This document shows positions 22,599 through 34,800 of a DNA stretch of 53,967 bases, piece after piece. Where the stretch lies: positions 1-53,967 of the forward strand of contig MRSU01008991.1 in assembly GCA_008369845.1 (NCBI GenBank), given 5' to 3'. The notes below the pieces were generated by a model. It searched no databases and was not told where the DNA came from. It saw only the letters and a list, made by a program, of their open reading frames with translations. Within the stretch, counting starts at the first letter, position 1, and every line of letters starts with the position of its first letter. Source of the DNA: Trichomonas gallinae (taxonomy: Eukaryota). The position numbers and the translations under genes were made by a program.

Positions 22599-25013
22599 CT
22601 AGTCTTCGTCTGAATCATCAGCACAAGCAGAAATAAACTTCAATTTGCTTGTCCAATGATCAATAACATTCTTCAAATTCTTCTCTTGAGTATCTAACTG
22701 GAAGAACTTGGTAAGGTTATTTGTCATAGGAATAACAACCATTTTAACTACTTCAATGCAGAATTTTGTGCATAAAATCTGATCAGCGGTATTTATTCCT
22801 TTGTATTCTAAGAATTTCATGGAAACTTCATCCGCAATCTTCGAAGAGGAGTAAAATGGAGCCAAACTTGCATAAGAAAGAACAAACTGCATTAAAACAA
22901 TTCTATCTGCGTAATTTTCCATTGGCGAAAAGTTTGGTGACTCCACTAATATCCTCATCGCTCCAAAGTGCGTCAAATTGTTCGAAACGAACTGCGTCTG
23001 AATTAATTGCATAAAAAGATACTGGAAGTGCTTAGTGAACTCGCTACGTGTATTGTATAACGATGGTATGTATGTGGATATGAATTCGTAGATTTCCGAC
23101 GAAAAAGCCCATTGTATGAAAATTTCGTTTCCTAGGACATCTTTGGATTGGTTGAATGGAAGTTTGTGCTCGTTGATTTTAGCGTTTAGTTGCTTAGAGA
23201 TTATGTGCTCAGCGAGCGTCGGATTGTCCGTCATGAAGAAGATCGCGCAAATATAGCAGATTAAGCGATCAAGCTTCTTGGATATCCAATATTTGAGTTG
23301 TGTATGCATCAAATTATGGAACGCATTGAGCTGAAGAGCAGCGAGTGACGGATCTTGGCAATAATTTTCTGCATAGTAGCAAACCATTTCGAGGAGGTTG
23401 TTGGGATCGATTTCTGGGAACAAAAGGTCTTCATTGACCATGATTGTGGCAAATAACTGGACTAAATATTTAACTGGATGAGATTGATGGACTTTCCATC
23501 TGAATTTGAGGTCTCCAGGAAGCTTATATGTTGCTATACGCGGTGCTATGAGTTTCTTCCACATTGTATAACATGCTTCTGGATCTTCTAAAGAATCACT
23601 TATTTGGAGCTCAACGAGCGATCTGCAGAATGGGCAATTGTTTTTGCATGTGTATGGATGTATATTGTGCTGTGCAATCTTTGTTACGACGCCATCTAAT
23701 AATTTATTCAAAATCTGTTCATCAGGATGATTAAGTTCTATCGTTCTTATCTGTTGGATGACCTTGAATAATGTTCCAGTGTCGTTAACTGTATATGACT
23801 CGATGCTGTTGTTAATTGCAGCTAATTTCTTATTTCTCTTAGATTTAGAGGCGCAGCCGAGAAGCAACGTCAAATCATTGAATAAAAATCCGAAGAATAA
23901 ATATATCATGAATATCTTTGTTGTATCCCAAAGAGAACCAGAAATCATTTCGGTAAAATCACTGAGAAGAGCTATGTAGTGGTAGTCTTGCCCAAGTGTT
24001 TTTATTGGTATCAGGATTGTATAGTAAGAGTGAGAATCCACAACGAACGATCTTAAAGAATAATCATTTTGCGTAACATTAAGTTCTGAAGCCAACGGAC
24101 CCCAAATAGTATCTGTTAATTCCTCAACACTTGGGTGAGCGACGTTTGAATCGAGTTTGTAAGGGATTGTTAATCCGTTTGTTGACTCGAATATAGCTTG
24201 TCTGTTTTGATCTAGAAAAACGAAATAGCTGTGGTCCATCAATGAGAAAGATGAAACGTATTCGAGGAAATTCGTAAGGTTAATTTCAATCTTTGTAATA
24301 AATAAGCTGTTGTTTGGGTTGTTTTGAGAGCACAGTGTCATCCCCATGGACCTGTAATCGCCTTCATCGGCGTAGGTCCACTCGAGAAGTGATTTGCAAG
24401 ATTCAAAAAATTGAGATTTGGGAAAAACTCCTTCTGACTCGCCTAAATCGAGGTTAATAACCTTTCCGAATGTATATGAATCGTATCGCATTAGTTTTGA
24501 ATGTGTAGCGTTTTCTTTAAGAGTATAAAATTTAAAATCTTTTTCTTTTTCATTCCACGACGATTTATAATATGTATCGTTATTTACTTGAATAGTCGCT
24601 GATACTGGGAATGGATTTATGTTGTAATGGAAGTGGGAAAATATTTTAATAAATGTTGTCATTCTTTCAGGCTCTGATTGTCCAAAGTTCGTATTTACTA
24701 CCAATCGAGAAGCTAAATGTGATACTTTAACGAGTTTTTGGAAGTAAGATTCAGTTATAGATTTAATTTCGAGACTTTTTTGTCTTATATTTTGCGAAAT
24801 AAAGTACTTTGACTTGACTTTCCATTTTTCTCGCATTGAAAACCACGGATAGATAAGGAAGCCAATGAAATATGTGACAGTCACAAATATTGCTATCGCG
24901 TGAGCAATTTTTAGCTTCATGTTCATGTTGGAACGCTTCATGAATTGCGGAATGGTGATTTTTGGCTTCTCGTTGACTTCTGAAGAACTGCTAGATTCTT
25001 CATGAAGCGCCAT
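22599..25013 (-). CDS. Two-TM receptor-like protein with extracellular Cache-like region and degenerate cyclic-nucleotide phosphodiesterase-like domain
   Basis: TM1 IAIFVTVTYFIGFLIYPWF; TM2 IFMIYLFFGFLFNDLTLLLGC. The C-terminal helices follow the class I PDE pattern but lack the metal ligands. The ORF is certain; the domain call is inferred. Confidence 0.7.
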   Translation of the reverse strand: MALHEESSSSSEVNEKPKITIPQFMKRSNMNMKLKIAHAIAIFVTVTYFIGFLIYPWFSMREKWKVKSKYFISQNIRQKSLEIKSITESYFQKLVKVSHLASRLVVNTNFGQSEPERMTTFIKIFSHFHYNINPFPVSATIQVNNDTYYKSSWNEKEKDFKFYTLKENATHSKLMRYDSYTFGKVINLDLGESEGVFPKSQFFESCKSLLEWTYADEGDYRSMGMTLCSQNNPNNSLFITKIEINLTNFLEYVSSFSLMDHSYFVFLDQNRQAIFESTNGLTIPYKLDSNVAHPSVEELTDTIWGPLASELNVTQNDYSLRSFVVDSHSYYTILIPIKTLGQDYHYIALLSDFTEMISGSLWDTTKIFMIYLFFGFLFNDLTLLLGCASKSKRNKKLAAINNSIESYTVNDTGTLFKVIQQIRTIELNHPDEQILNKLLDGVVTKIAQHNIHPYTCKNNCPFCRSLVELQISDSLEDPEACYTMWKKLIAPRIATYKLPGDLKFRWKVHQSHPVKYLVQLFATIMVNEDLLFPEIDPNNLLEMVCYYAENYCQDPSLAALQLNAFHNLMHTQLKYWISKKLDRLICYICAIFFMTDNPTLAEHIISKQLNAKINEHKLPFNQSKDVLGNEIFIQWAFSSEIYEFISTYIPSLYNTRSEFTKHFQYLFMQLIQTQFVSNNLTHFGAMRILVESPNFSPMENYADRIVLMQFVLSYASLAPFYSSSKIADEVSMKFLEYKGINTADQILCTKFCIEVVKMVVIPMTNNLTKFFQLDTQEKNLKNVIDHWTSKLKFISACADDSDED

Positions 25014-25353
25014 AATATTTTAATTTACAAAAAAAACAAGAATTTTTTTTATCGTGCTTGTTGAATATTTGGTCTGTTTTATATGTTTTACAGCTGGATT
25101 TTCCAATTTTTGCATTTTTTATTTTTTGATGAATGATTTTGTAGATTTGATATATATTAATATTAAGAATGACGCAGTTTTTTTACAGCTCGTTTTCACA
25201 ATCTGAATATTCTCTTTTTTAATTCGATAATTTTGCATATCTATATATAAGCATCATATAGTACCGAAATCCAATCAAAAGTGACAATTTTTCTGCCATG
25301 TAAAAATTCTCAAAAGTATGTCGCAAATTTAAAAATGATAAAAATAGCATATA

Positions 25354-25484
25354 ATTGAAAGTTGTCAAAAAGTGAATGATTTCTTTTAATTTATAAAAGC
25401 GAAATATATATATTGTGGTAATAAATATATCAAATTATTGAAATTGTCAAAAAGTGAATGATTGCTTTTAATTTATAAAAGTGA
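25354..25484. repeat. ~48-bp direct repeat (2 copies, 83-bp period)
   Basis: ATTGAAA(G)TTGTCAAAAAGTGAATGATT.CTTTTAATTTATAAAAG.GA occurs at 25354-25402 and 25437-25484. Confidence 0.9.
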
Positions 25485-26352
25485 CAGAACAATTTCAGAG
25501 GCTTTTTATACTACTCTCATTTGAATCAAATTGACTTTGAAATCACGATCAATACAATTGAATCCGATTCATAATCTTGTTTATTCGTCTTCCTACTTTG
25601 TAAATACATCTTACGACTAAGGAAATTAATTGAGGAATTTTTTTGAACTTGATCTCCGGCTAATAAGCATGGCAAACAAATAAGCACAATGAATATATCC
25701 AAAACAAGCTATATCTCATTGAGTTTTTCTTAATTTGTTGCCAATGAATTCGATCTTTGAATATGTGTTACATTATTGCTCCAGGAGGCTACTGTATCAA
25801 TCTTGGCTAATCGAGAAATGATGAATCGGTTATCAATATTATTTGCGATCAAAAATCCTATTTTACTCAAATTTGATTGTTGATTGCTTGATATTTGATC
25901 ATAGTAATAGCAGTTATATAACGAAATATCGAATTCTCTTAAGTTTTTGATGTTTGATTATTTTTATCTCTTTTTAATCCTTATCAAAGCTATTGTTAGC
26001 ATGCATATTTTACTATTTAATATAAATATTATTCGAAAATAGTATAATATATTTAACAATACATATATAAATCAATTTCGAAAAATGAAATTAATGAATA
26101 TGGAGCAATTAGGAGGGAATTTTTGCTGTGAATATAGTTTTTAGGTTGTGTATTTGTTTGTGATATAAAGTATTCTGTGTAATGACTTAGTTTGAAAAAA
26201 GAAGATTGGATTCAATGACAAAAAATGACTTTTAGTCAAATGACACAGCAATAACAGAGGAATTTAACGCCAATCTCATTTTCCGTAATAATAAAAAACA
26301 AAAGAAATGAATTTTGACATAATACAGAAAAAAAAATGACAAATAAACTAAA

Positions 26353-26946
26353 ATGAGTGAAATATCATCAAATAGACCTACAGTGAAAGTTATCTTAGTC
26401 GGAGACACGTCAGTGGGTAAGACATGCCTTATCTCATCTTTCTTCAAGCAACCTTTCGATTTTCAGTCAGCTCCAACGGTGGCGCCATCTTATTATTGCG
26501 CGGAAATACAGAGAGACGATGGAGAAATTGTCTGTCTGCAAATATGGGATACAGCCGGACAAGAAAGATACCACGCCGTCGGCAAACTGTTTTACCGCGA
26601 TTCCGATGTTGCGTTAGTTTGCTATGATCCGTCATCAAACCCGAACTTGGATATAGTCAAGGTGTGGGTTGAAAGGGTCCGCGAAGAAGTTCCAAATGTC
26701 AATATTATATTAATTTTAACAAAATCTGATTTACTCAGCGAGGAAAACTTAAATAATTTTAAGACACGAGGTGAAAATATATGTGAAGAGCTCTCAGGCC
26801 GCGCGCATTTCGTTACTTCTTCGATTAAGAATATTGGCGTTAAAGAAGTATTTCTGAAATGCGCCAATGTTGTTGATATATCTTTCTATACAACATCTAA
26901 TCAGCAAACTCCAAAAGAAAAAGAAGAAAAGAAAGGCTGTTGTTAG
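26353..26946 (+). CDS. Rab-family small GTPase (divergent)
   Basis: GDTSVGKT, PTV, LQIWDTAGQERY, TKSD, and a C-terminal GCC prenylation motif. Confidence 0.95.
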   Translation: MSEISSNRPTVKVILVGDTSVGKTCLISSFFKQPFDFQSAPTVAPSYYCAEIQRDDGEIVCLQIWDTAGQERYHAVGKLFYRDSDVALVCYDPSSNPNLDIVKVWVERVREEVPNVNIILILTKSDLLSEENLNNFKTRGENICEELSGRAHFVTSSIKNIGVKEVFLKCANVVDISFYTTSNQQTPKEKEEKKGCC

Positions 26947-28132
26947 AAAGTATTTTGTTACTCTTAACAAAATACTTATGTGATTCTTCAATCTCATTTG
27001 TTAGAATTGAATTATATGTAAATCCGGGATAAAACAAAATATCTGTTAATATTTCAAATATTTCAATTTTCAAAACTCAAATTAATAACCCTGCAATACG
27101 CTATAAGCAAGATGAACATTTTCTAGTTTTAATATGTATATAACATATTAATCGATATTACTTTAATCAAAATAATTTTTTTCTGATCGCTATATGGATG
27201 AATTGCACAGTTTTAAAATGATGTCAGAATATAACATGTACGAAGTGAAAATATTATTCATTAAATATATATAATTGATATGAATATTTGAAAAATTTAA
27301 TCATATTAATATATTTGCTTGCATATTCAGAAACATTAATGATTTATTGGAATTGATCATAATTTTAATATAAATTTGTTGATTTGTTTAATCTGTTATG
27401 TGTTTTGCAATGAAAAATGATGTGATTATAATTTGACATTATGACATGTAATTTGTCAGATGTCAAATGGATAAAAATGTGGCTTCAAAAAAGTGTCATT
27501 GCTCGACCATTTTCTATAAAGGCAAAAACAAAAAAGCTGTATGTATTATTAAAAAGTTCGCGGTGACGATCATTAGTTTGGGACATCTGAATATGATGAC
27601 TAAACTGTTCCGAGCACTCGAAACAAAAAAAACTAAAAACAAAATACTAACACACAGATTTTTTACTCTCTTAAATTAAATTTATAGCTTTAACCATTAT
27701 TATTGCTTCATATGAAGCAGAATCCAATTAGTTTTATTAATATTTCTTGATAAAAAATCAGTTCAAATAATAACATTATATATTTTTATTTCAAATACTT
27801 CCCTAACCTTTTAAATACATGAACCATTACATACGCTTCATATAAAACAATGTAAACCTTTGCTAAAAATATTTCATCGAATATAACCAATATTTCAACC
27901 AAAATAAAAATAAAATTTGCATATCTATTTCAATGTGAATATAAATATATGGTCGTTGATCGATGAAATTCATTATTAAATTTGAACTGAAATAAAATGT
28001 GAATTTCGAAGCGAAATGATTTTAAAAATAAGGTTTTCAAGTGATAAATGTGTGATTTGTGATAAAAAAATATTTTTCAAAAAAAAATTTTCGCATCGTC
28101 ATCATATGAAAAAGTGCCAGAAAAACAACAAT

Positions 28133-28783
28133 ATGACATCATTCCTTTACGGCGCTGTTGCTTTCGAAACAAAGGTTATTGCTGAGCTCTCCAATGCGTC
28201 AGGAAACATGAGCCAGATTCTCCCGGACATTCTCAAGCAATGCAAATTCGACGACAAGAATGTATCCTTCGAGCAGCAAGATTACCTTTTCTCACTGATT
28301 TCACGCGAGAATAGGGTCACTGTTGTCGTTCTTACAAGTAAAGATGTTAAAGGAAATGTCAGATTTTATGCTGTTGATCAAATCTACCAGAAGTTTGTGA
28401 TGAAGTACCCTAATTACGCATCATTACCTCCAATGTCTAAGTCCGCAGAATTCGGACCAACAATTCAGGAGATATTCACTCAATTAAATAACCCACAGCA
28501 GCAGAAAATTGCTGAAATCAACAGAAACATCCAGGCAACACAGGAAATTATGACCCAGAACCTTGCTGATGCCCTCGTCCGCGGCGAAAGACTTGAAATC
28601 ATGCAAGAAAAGTCTCAGAATTTGCAGGAACACGCTTCTGCCTTCCAGAGATCAGCTAAGAAGGTCGAGCAGAAGATGTGCTGGGAGAGGTATAGATGGT
28701 ACATCATCGGTGGCATTATTATTGTCGTTATCATTATTATTATCATCATTGCTGCCTCAGCAGGCAAAAAGAAGAAGGAGTAA
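28133..28783 (+). CDS. Longin R-SNARE (VAMP7/synaptobrevin-like)
   Basis: Longin-like N-terminus, R-SNARE motif IMTQNLADALVRGERLEIMQEKSQNL...F.R.AKKV...MCW, and a C-terminal TM. Start placed at MTSFLYG because TCATA and AAAAGTGCC lie just upstream. Confidence 0.92.
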   Translation: MTSFLYGAVAFETKVIAELSNASGNMSQILPDILKQCKFDDKNVSFEQQDYLFSLISRENRVTVVVLTSKDVKGNVRFYAVDQIYQKFVMKYPNYASLPPMSKSAEFGPTIQEIFTQLNNPQQQKIAEINRNIQATQEIMTQNLADALVRGERLEIMQEKSQNLQEHASAFQRSAKKVEQKMCWERYRWYIIGGIIIVVIIIIIIIAASAGKKKKE

Positions 28784-28810
28784 ACAATAATAACAGTATT
28801 TATTCGCTAA

Positions 28811-31800
28811 TTATATACATTGTTTTTCAAACGCAGGAGTGATTTCAAAAATTTGATCATTAATATCGACAGAAAGAACATTATTAGTATCTGGCGATGA
28901 TCGTTCCAGTGTCTTTCCGATAATTCCGTTAGAAACAGTGGACAAAACTGTTAAAGTTGGAATTTCGACAAATTTAACTTTGCCATCACTGAGTAAAATG
29001 GCAATCATTGGCTGGAATGGTGTTGTTACATCCACTATATCAATAGCTTCGCCACCAATGTCTAGTTTTGATGCGATTTTCAATCTTGAATCGAATAATT
29101 CAATGCAAGTCGCTAGATTTGTTGTTTCATCTTTGATTGTTGAGCATACTACAATGAATCCGCTGTCGAGAATTGTTAAACAGTGGCTAACATGTCCATT
29201 ACCAGTTAATTTGCAATTATTTTGCAGATTTTCTCTCACCATGTGTGCTAGATGCAGATTGTGCTGGTTGTCAATGCACGCTACAATATTTAGAGCTGAT
29301 GAAACGCATAAATGAGTTAAAGGACATCTACCGACTGTTATGACTTTTTGTAGCTCGAATTCCGGCGACTTAAATAACCTGACTGTTGCATCTGTTCCTG
29401 CAGTGATGATACAGTCATCTAGAGATGTCACTGCTGTGATGTTTCCTCCAGGATGCCTGATTGTTACGACTTTCTTGCCTTGTTGCTGTGTGTTGAAAAC
29501 ATCGCACGAAAGGTTATGAAGTCCGATGATGAAATTCTTGAAGAAGATGACTGACTTGCAAGAATCTATGCCTAATTTAGAGCCAGAAGCATTGTTCAGC
29601 TGTAGAGGATTGCAGTACTGGTCGTAAATCGTGCCATCTTCCGTTAAAATATAATTCTTCGAGAAATATTTGACAGGTGAACTGAATGATTTTCCTATGA
29701 ATGGTAGAGGACTGAACGATTTTTGTGTTACTTGTCTTCCTGGATGTGGGGAGCTGAATATGCATTGCGGCATGACTCCGAAGTTCGCGCAGTAGTTTCT
29801 TATGATGGCAGCGAACTCTGTTCCCAACAAAGGAGTCGCGAAATCTTCATATGAATATTTGTGGTACATGTTGAATCTCTTCTTTGACCATCTGTCGACG
29901 CCGAAGATCAAATCGATCCACAAACCGATCTTTTCAGCCACAAGATCGCTCTCCAACGCCATCCTGTTCTTTACAACGAAGTCTTCTGGCGATGAGGCCC
30001 ATGGAGGCAAAACAACATCGTCGACAACTGTTCCGTCTAGTTTCTTGCCTAAATCGAATCTGTCTTCGTTCTTGAGAACATTAGCCTGACAATACATCTG
30101 CGGCGGCAGTTCCCTGAAGTCACCACTTAGTGTTATAACATTCTGCCAAGCCTTGGGGATGCTGTAAAACAGTCTGTCAGATAAATCAAAGTTTCCGCCT
30201 TGAAGAGAAATATGAAGTGACGTGAATGGCTCGTTTCTTATGAGATAACCGATGACATAACCTGGATTTGATATGTGCGTCCTATATAAGCAGTGCTCGT
30301 GTGAATCTTCTGGGATTTCTTTGTAGTTTTCTAGTAGAAGATTCAGTCTTTTCTCGTTCATTGCTCCGAGTGGTTGTGATAAATCTCTGAAAGTATTTGG
30401 ATTCGTTAGATCGAGTTTTTCTGATTCATAGTCTTTGATGACCCAGGGGAAGATAGGATACTGAGAGATATCATTCATCGATCTGTTTGCCAAAATGTTC
30501 AAAATCATCAAATACTTAAAAGTAGAAATTTTCTTCGCAAGCCAAGCTTTCGTGACTCCGATTTTCTCTGTTAACTCGATTGATAGCATGTTCTGGGTAA
30601 TTCCCTTGCAAGCTCGCCTGCATTGCTCAAAGAAGTCATATTCTTCGTTTTTCATTTCGTTCATCATGTTATTAAAGAAAGAGCTTTTTTCGACTTCGCA
30701 GCTTTGTCGAATTAACTCCAAAAATCTGTCGCGCATTACTATGCTTGAGAACTGGAATAAGTATGATTTGGATTCACCACTGAATACTTCAGCTGCCAGA
30801 TTTTCATGCAATTGCGACCTTGTGAACACGAAATCAATTTCTCCGTACCTAAGTTCGACGAATTTCTTCCGCGGTTTCTTGTTTTCTGGCAGTGGGGAGC
30901 AAATTCCGTCGCAGAACTCGAATCCGTGGAAGAAGAAGCCATGATCTGTCACTGATATCATACCTTTGAACCTCGCCAGCAATGTTATATAAGTAACAGG
31001 GAAAGACTCGATCATCTGTTTCGCTGAACTTTGCATGACGAAAGGAACAATTCTCTTGAAGTTTTGCTGTTGAATTTCGCTCTTCTCGTATTTGATCGAA
31101 TCTCTTAATGCAGAAGCCTTCTTGTGGTCATCGAAATCTTTGTTAGGAGACATAAACAATGGCCTCAGTTCGTGGTCGTAAACATTAATCAATTTCCAAT
31201 GATCGGACTTAATTGGTTCAGTTGAAGTAATGAATGCTTTCGCCAATGATGTCGAGTGATGTTCGATTAAAGTGAACTGCTCGTTCTCGCATTTCATGTA
31301 ATCCTGATATAAATTCTTATGTCCTCTTGCTAGTAAGCTTGAGTTGGAAACTTGTTTGTCGATTTTCACGAGTTTAGTGCAAAATTCTTCTGCGTAAACT
31401 TTCGCTTTGCTTTCGATTTCTTTCATGAATGTTTGTACTTGTTTGTTGCTCATTTCTATACTCGCTGTTGCTAGATTTATATCATCTGGTTTCTGTCCTG
31501 AAGTAACAAGTTTGTCTCTTGCTGAAACAACGAAAACAATCGATTCGTTTAAAATGTTTCTCGGAATCAATGTTGACAGTTCCCAAACTTTTGAGTATCC
31601 TTTCTGATATATGGATAAATCGTCCTTTCCGAAGCACCATATTATAAAGCACAAAGCCTGGAATGCTTTCATATTATAATTCTCTAATAAATAAATCTGA
31701 GAATTAGGATCAGCTGTCAACAAATAATGAATTGCATTGAGCATTGGCAGGCAGAGCTCTTTATGTGGTTTATTATTAAAACTAGCTGTTTGTTTGTCGA

Positions 31801-34800
31801 TGTCAACAGGAGAAAAGAAAATGTTTTGGAGGGCGAATGTTAAAATATTTGCTATTTCGTTCTTGTTCTGTGAAACAACTTCTAAAACTTTCGCTAAAAG
31901 TTTTGCCGTGAAAAGTGAGTTCTTCTTCCATGATAAAACTATTATATCTCTCACTGGGGACTTTTTGCTGCTTGTAGTTACGTAATCAGACAAGAACTCA
32001 ATTAAGTCTTCGTCTTTGAAGAACCTGAAAGCGAAATTGACGAAATCCTGAGAATCAGAAAACTGAACGAAATTATCTGGATTTTCTTTGATCGACTGAA
32101 TGATTTTATCTTTTGCAGTATCATATAAATTTTTGTCTGTTTTTTCAAACATTTCGAAGAACAACAATAACATTGTTGAATATTTAAGATTTGAGCCTTC
32201 GAACATTTTGTTAAACACGCTTTCTATCTCTTCTTTTGTAACTTTGTCGAAATATTTCGTCAACGAATTATATGATATCCTAACTTGAGGTGATGTGAAT
32301 AAAAGTGTAATAATCTGCAATGTTTCTTTCCTCGTTTGCTGGTCTTTTGAATTAAACAACTCTGCGAAAGGCAAAACACCGATTTCATTGATTAATCCGT
32401 TCAAGTCGAACACAGCATCTTCTGATATAGCTCTTTGTATTAACGAGAAACATTTCCTCCTTATATATGGACTCTCCGTATTAAGGAAAGTTAACGCGAG
32501 GAAAATAGCGTCTTTCGTTGGGATTCTTTCTTTAGTGATACTCGCGTAATACTCCCACATAAGCTCTTTGATGTCTTCGCTTGCGTCTGTTGTTAATAAT
32601 TGGTAAATAACATGCAGAGAGTTGTCCTGCTTGAATTCAGGTGAATCGATAATTGTCGCCAAAATCGAGTTGAAGTAGTATTTAATCAGTGACGATTCAT
32701 TCTTGAGAACTATTTTGAAATTCTCGAATATGTACTGCTTCATTTGTTTCCTCATCACAACACTTGTTATCTTCTTGTAAAGTGTTTTCATGTTCATCAA
32801 AACGTTTGGCGCGAAACAGTTTGGAACAGCCATATATAGGAAACCCGCCAAAAGTATACAACCTCCTTCTCTCTCAAACATCTCTAAACCGTTCGGAAAA
32901 TCTAAAATATAGATAATGATAGAAAGCATCGTGTTGAATATTTGCGGTGCAGCTGCTGGTTGTTTGCAGAAGCCTTGGATAATGATTTTCAATGTCGATA
33001 ATATTCCTTTGAGAATTCCTGGGAACATTAAAACGTCACTCAATGTTGTCGTGAAAGGAATTGAGCTTCCTTGTAATGACGCTGTCATTCCTGGGGAGAC
33101 ATCGAGTATCATTCTGTTGGAGACGTTCGATGGCAAGAAAGCTGCACTTGCAATTTTCGGTCTGACTGTTTTTGTCATTTTTCTGTAAATAATTTCAGTG
33201 TCGATTGTGTCGAAGAAGAAAACAGGGCCTAAATCGCCTGATAATCCGTCAGCAATGACAATTGGATAAGAGCCTGGCTCGAACTGATGGAAATTAGTGT
33301 TGACGACTAATGCTTTGTTTACATATATTTGGATGTTTCGAGATGAATTGAATGTCACGACTATAGATGTCCATTTGCCGGTCCTCATGTTGTAATCGAA
33401 AGGAACAGTCATCGTCTTGTTTTTGATCTCTATTTGCGTGGATGACAAAGATAGCTCGAACTCACCCAGTTTTAGTAGATTAGACTTGTTCTTTGGGACT
33501 CTTATTGTTGTGGCGAATGAAAAAATACTGTTGACAATTTCTAGATTTGCCTTGGAGATGCAGCCTCCGTCGAAGTGGAAGAAGGAATCTACAGGCGGAT
33601 GCTTCTCTTCGATGATCATCTGTATGAGGCACTCGAGCAGCGCTTGCTGGCCTATCATAGGATTGAGCTCTATAGCGTTTATAGCGTTAATTGTGTCGTT
33701 AAATGTTTGCGCGTTGAAAAAGTGTCGTGATATATTCCTGTAAAGCATTATAGCTGTGTGCGTGAGGTTTATGTTGTTGATATTGGCCAATGCGTGCGTT
33801 ATCATGTCCGCCATGAAGAAAGAATAAGCGTTTGACTCGTTTTCTGAGCATAATCTTGCTGCAAGTTGAAGTAGAGGCAAATCGAACTCAGAACCAGCTG
33901 ATAATGCTAGTGCTAGATACATTGCCGGTGCGCAAACAACATGCGGACTGCCTCTTGCTGGAATTGAATTAAAATCTTCAACAAAGAAGCCAAGAGAGAT
34001 GGCAACGAGTAATGAAATGGTCTTAGTAGTTGGTTTAAATTTCTTTATGCTTGTTTTAATAGCGTTAAATGCTTTAGAATCATCACTGAAAATTATCTCG
34101 ATTAATTGTGGATATTTTAGTGTGACATGGAAAATAATCTCAAATAGTTCGTCTAATATAACTTGTGATGCGAGTTTTTTGACCAAAACTGAGGCTCCTG
34201 GTAAGATTTTGTCGACTAAATATTTGCATTGAGTTTCATCCAAAAATCCGATTGCCGATGTAATGTTTGCAAGTATTTTCGGTGCATAACCGGAGATTTT
34301 TGACTCAGATTTCGCTTTGATAAAGAAAACTTGCAATTTGTTGATAATTTTGTTGAAAGCTGGCAGAACATCAGGAGTTATAGCGTAATATTCAACAATT
34401 TGGTCGTGATTTCCATCAATAAGCATGTCAAACATTAATTGCCCAATTTGCGAATTATGGCATCCGCATTTATCCAAATTGAACAGATAATCGACAAAAT
34501 CGTCGATTCCCTTTGGTTCTGATGATTTTCTGAAAGATCTGATAGAATTGATATAATTTGATGTTAGTAAAATATTGAGTCTGTTTCTTGTTGTAAGCTC
34601 GCGTATGAGAGCCATGTGTGTGTAATAAGTTGGAGTCGCGAAAATTTCATCCAAAATCTGTGGAATTTTTGATTCGCAGATGCAAGAGATTTTATAGAAG
34701 AAACAATCGACTAAGTGTGGACTTGTGTTGTTATTCAGTAATAATTTCAGGAATTTATCGAATCCCGACAAGTAGCAACAGCTTGAAGACATAATACACG

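Noticed and set aside
28016..28132. 39-aa N-terminal extension of the SNARE in the ORF track
   Set aside because: The A-rich sequence contains Inr-like and AAAAGTGCC elements and is better read as promoter/5'UTR.
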